A stretch of 64,000 nucleotides of DNA from Eledone cirrhosa (taxonomy: Eukaryota). Shown one piece after another: positions 62,911-64,000 of this stretch. The stretch covers positions 2,666,001 to 2,730,000 of the forward strand of contig OZ024744.1 of NCBI GenBank assembly GCA_964016885.1. The letters are read 5' to 3'. Position numbers and translations under genes: made by a program. A model generated the notes under the pieces. The model ran no database searches and had not been told where the DNA came from. It was given only the letters and a program-made list of their open reading frames with translations. Position 1 is the stretch's first letter. The number at the start of each line of letters is the position of its first letter.

Positions 62911-64000
62911 TTGGTGAATAACGAAGTTTTGGGAGAAGACAAGGTAGAGAAAGATAGTTGGTGAAGAACGAAGTTTTGAGGGAAGACAAGGTAGAGAAAG
63001 ATAGCTTGGTGAAGAACGACATTTTGAGGGAAGACAAGGTAGAGAAAGATAGCTTGGTGAAGAACGACGTTTTGTGGGAAGACAAGGTAGAGAAAGATAG
63101 CTTGGTGAAGAACGAAGTTTTGGGGGAAGACAAGGTAGAGAAAGATAGCTTGGTGAAGAACGAAGTTCTGGGGAAGACAATGTAGAGAAAGATAGCTTGG
63201 TGAAGAACGAAGTTTTGGGGGAAGACAAGGTAGAGAAAGATAGCTTGGTGAAGAACGAAGTTTTGGGGGAAGACAAGGTAGAGAAAGATAGCTTGGTGAA
63301 GAACGAAGTTTTGGGGGAAGACAAGGTAGAGAAAGATAGCTTGGTGAAGAACGAAGTTTTGGGGGAAATCAAGGTAGAGAATAATAGTTTGGTGAAGAAC
63401 GAAGTTTTGGGGGAAGACAAGGTAGAGAAAGATAGCTTGGTGAAGAACGACGTTTTGAGGGAAGACAAGGTAGAGAAAGATAGCTTGGTGAAGAACGAAG
63501 TTTTGGGGAAGACAATGTAGAGAAAGATAGCTTGGTGAAGAACGAAGTTTTGGGGGAAGACAAGGTAGAGAAAGATAGCTTGGTGAAGAACTAAGTTTTG
63601 GGAGAAGACAAGGTAGAGAAAGATAGCTTGGTGAAGAATGAAGTTTTGGGGGAAGACAAGGTAGAGAAAGATAGCTTGGTGAAGAACGAAGTTTTGGGGG
63701 AAGACAAGGTAGAGAAAGATAGCTTGGTGAAGAACGAAGTTTTGGGGAAGACAATGTAGAGAAAGATAGCTTGGTGAAGAACGAAGTTTTGGGGGAAGAC
63801 AAGGTAGAGAAAGATAGCTTGGTGAATAACGAAGTTTTGGGAGAAGACAAGGTCGAGAAAGATAGCTTGGTGAAGAACGAAATTTTGAGGGAAGACAAGG
63901 TAGAGAAAGATAGCTTGGTGAAGAACGACGTTTTGAGGGAAGACAAGATAGAGAAAGATAGCTTGGTGAAGAACGACGTTTTGTGGGAAGACAAGGTAGA

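Larger units (their letters stand above)
1..64000 (+). repeat. 48-bp tandem satellite array, ~1,340 head-to-tail monomers (mostly 48 bp, a minority 47 bp), running off both window ends
   Basis: The consensus TTGGTGAAGAACGAAGTTTTGGGGGAAGACAAGGTAGAGAAAGATAGC recurs continuously (monomer starts at 38, 85, 133, 181...). Most copies differ from it at only a few positions, and all are in one orientation. Consensus composition is 18 A, 18 G, 9 T, 3 C. Confidence 0.99.

Noticed and set aside
85-63520. Many short plus-strand ORFs of (LVKNEVLGEDKVEKDS)n as a gene family or one giant repetitive protein
   Set aside because: The 'starts' are TTG codons inside the monomer and the ends are frameshifting 47-bp monomers or nonsense variants. 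The common substitutions are mostly non-synonymous (G/R/W/V), and there is no unique N- or C-terminus.
1-64000. CRISPR array
   Set aside because: There are no unique spacers, because the variable segment is just a point-mutated part of the monomer. There is also no leader, palindromic repeat or cas gene.
1-64000. Telomeric repeat (TTTTGGGG / TTTTAGGG-like motif in each monomer)
   Set aside because: There is only one degenerate motif per 48 bp and it is never tandem, which is insufficient to call telomere or telomere-derived sequence.
1-64000. Identity with the human 48-bp CER/D22Z3 satellite
   Set aside because: Only the period is shared. As far as I recall that family, the sequence and strong purine skew here do not resemble it; a database search would settle this.
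1-64000. Sequencing concatemer or rolling-circle artefact
   Set aside because: Variants are linked, ordered and re-copied at many different higher-order periods with shared derived mutations, which random error on one circular template would not produce. Copy numbers of the HORs could still be misassembled.
1-64000. Antigenic-variation cassette bank, retron/DGR-type or other information-storing system encoded in monomer order
   Set aside because: There is no expression locus, recombinase, reverse transcriptase or delimiting site in the window. The monomer order is adequately explained by successive tandem duplications.

Overview
The whole 64-kb window is one uninterrupted, head-to-tail satellite array of a 48-bp monomer (consensus TTGGTGAAGAACGAAGTTTTGGGGGAAGACAAGGTAGAGAAAGATAGC), about 1,340 copies estimated from length. 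I saw no unique sequence, inversion, transposon, RNA gene or credible gene. The ORF track is a by-product of the repeat. One + frame of the monomer reads LVKNEVLGEDKVEKDS but is broken every few monomers by 47-bp variants. The - strand consensus has no stop codon in any frame, which produces spurious ORFs of up to 9760 aa. The real information lies in the order of monomer variants: a basal ~5-monomer word, nested tandem duplications and higher-order repeats (periods 480, 766, 1053, 1532, 1721, 1771, 2104, 2200, 2201, 2967/3063, 3255, ~5.1-5.3 kb and 7270 bp), and a layered layout. In that layout a central 29-52 kb domain is flanked on both sides by sequence sharing the same rare markers. This looks like eukaryotic (peri)centromeric or subtelomeric satellite DNA. 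I do not recognise the family or the organism, and I find no support for a novel gene system. Periods come from offsets between diagnostic variants, and block boundaries are approximate to about one monomer.
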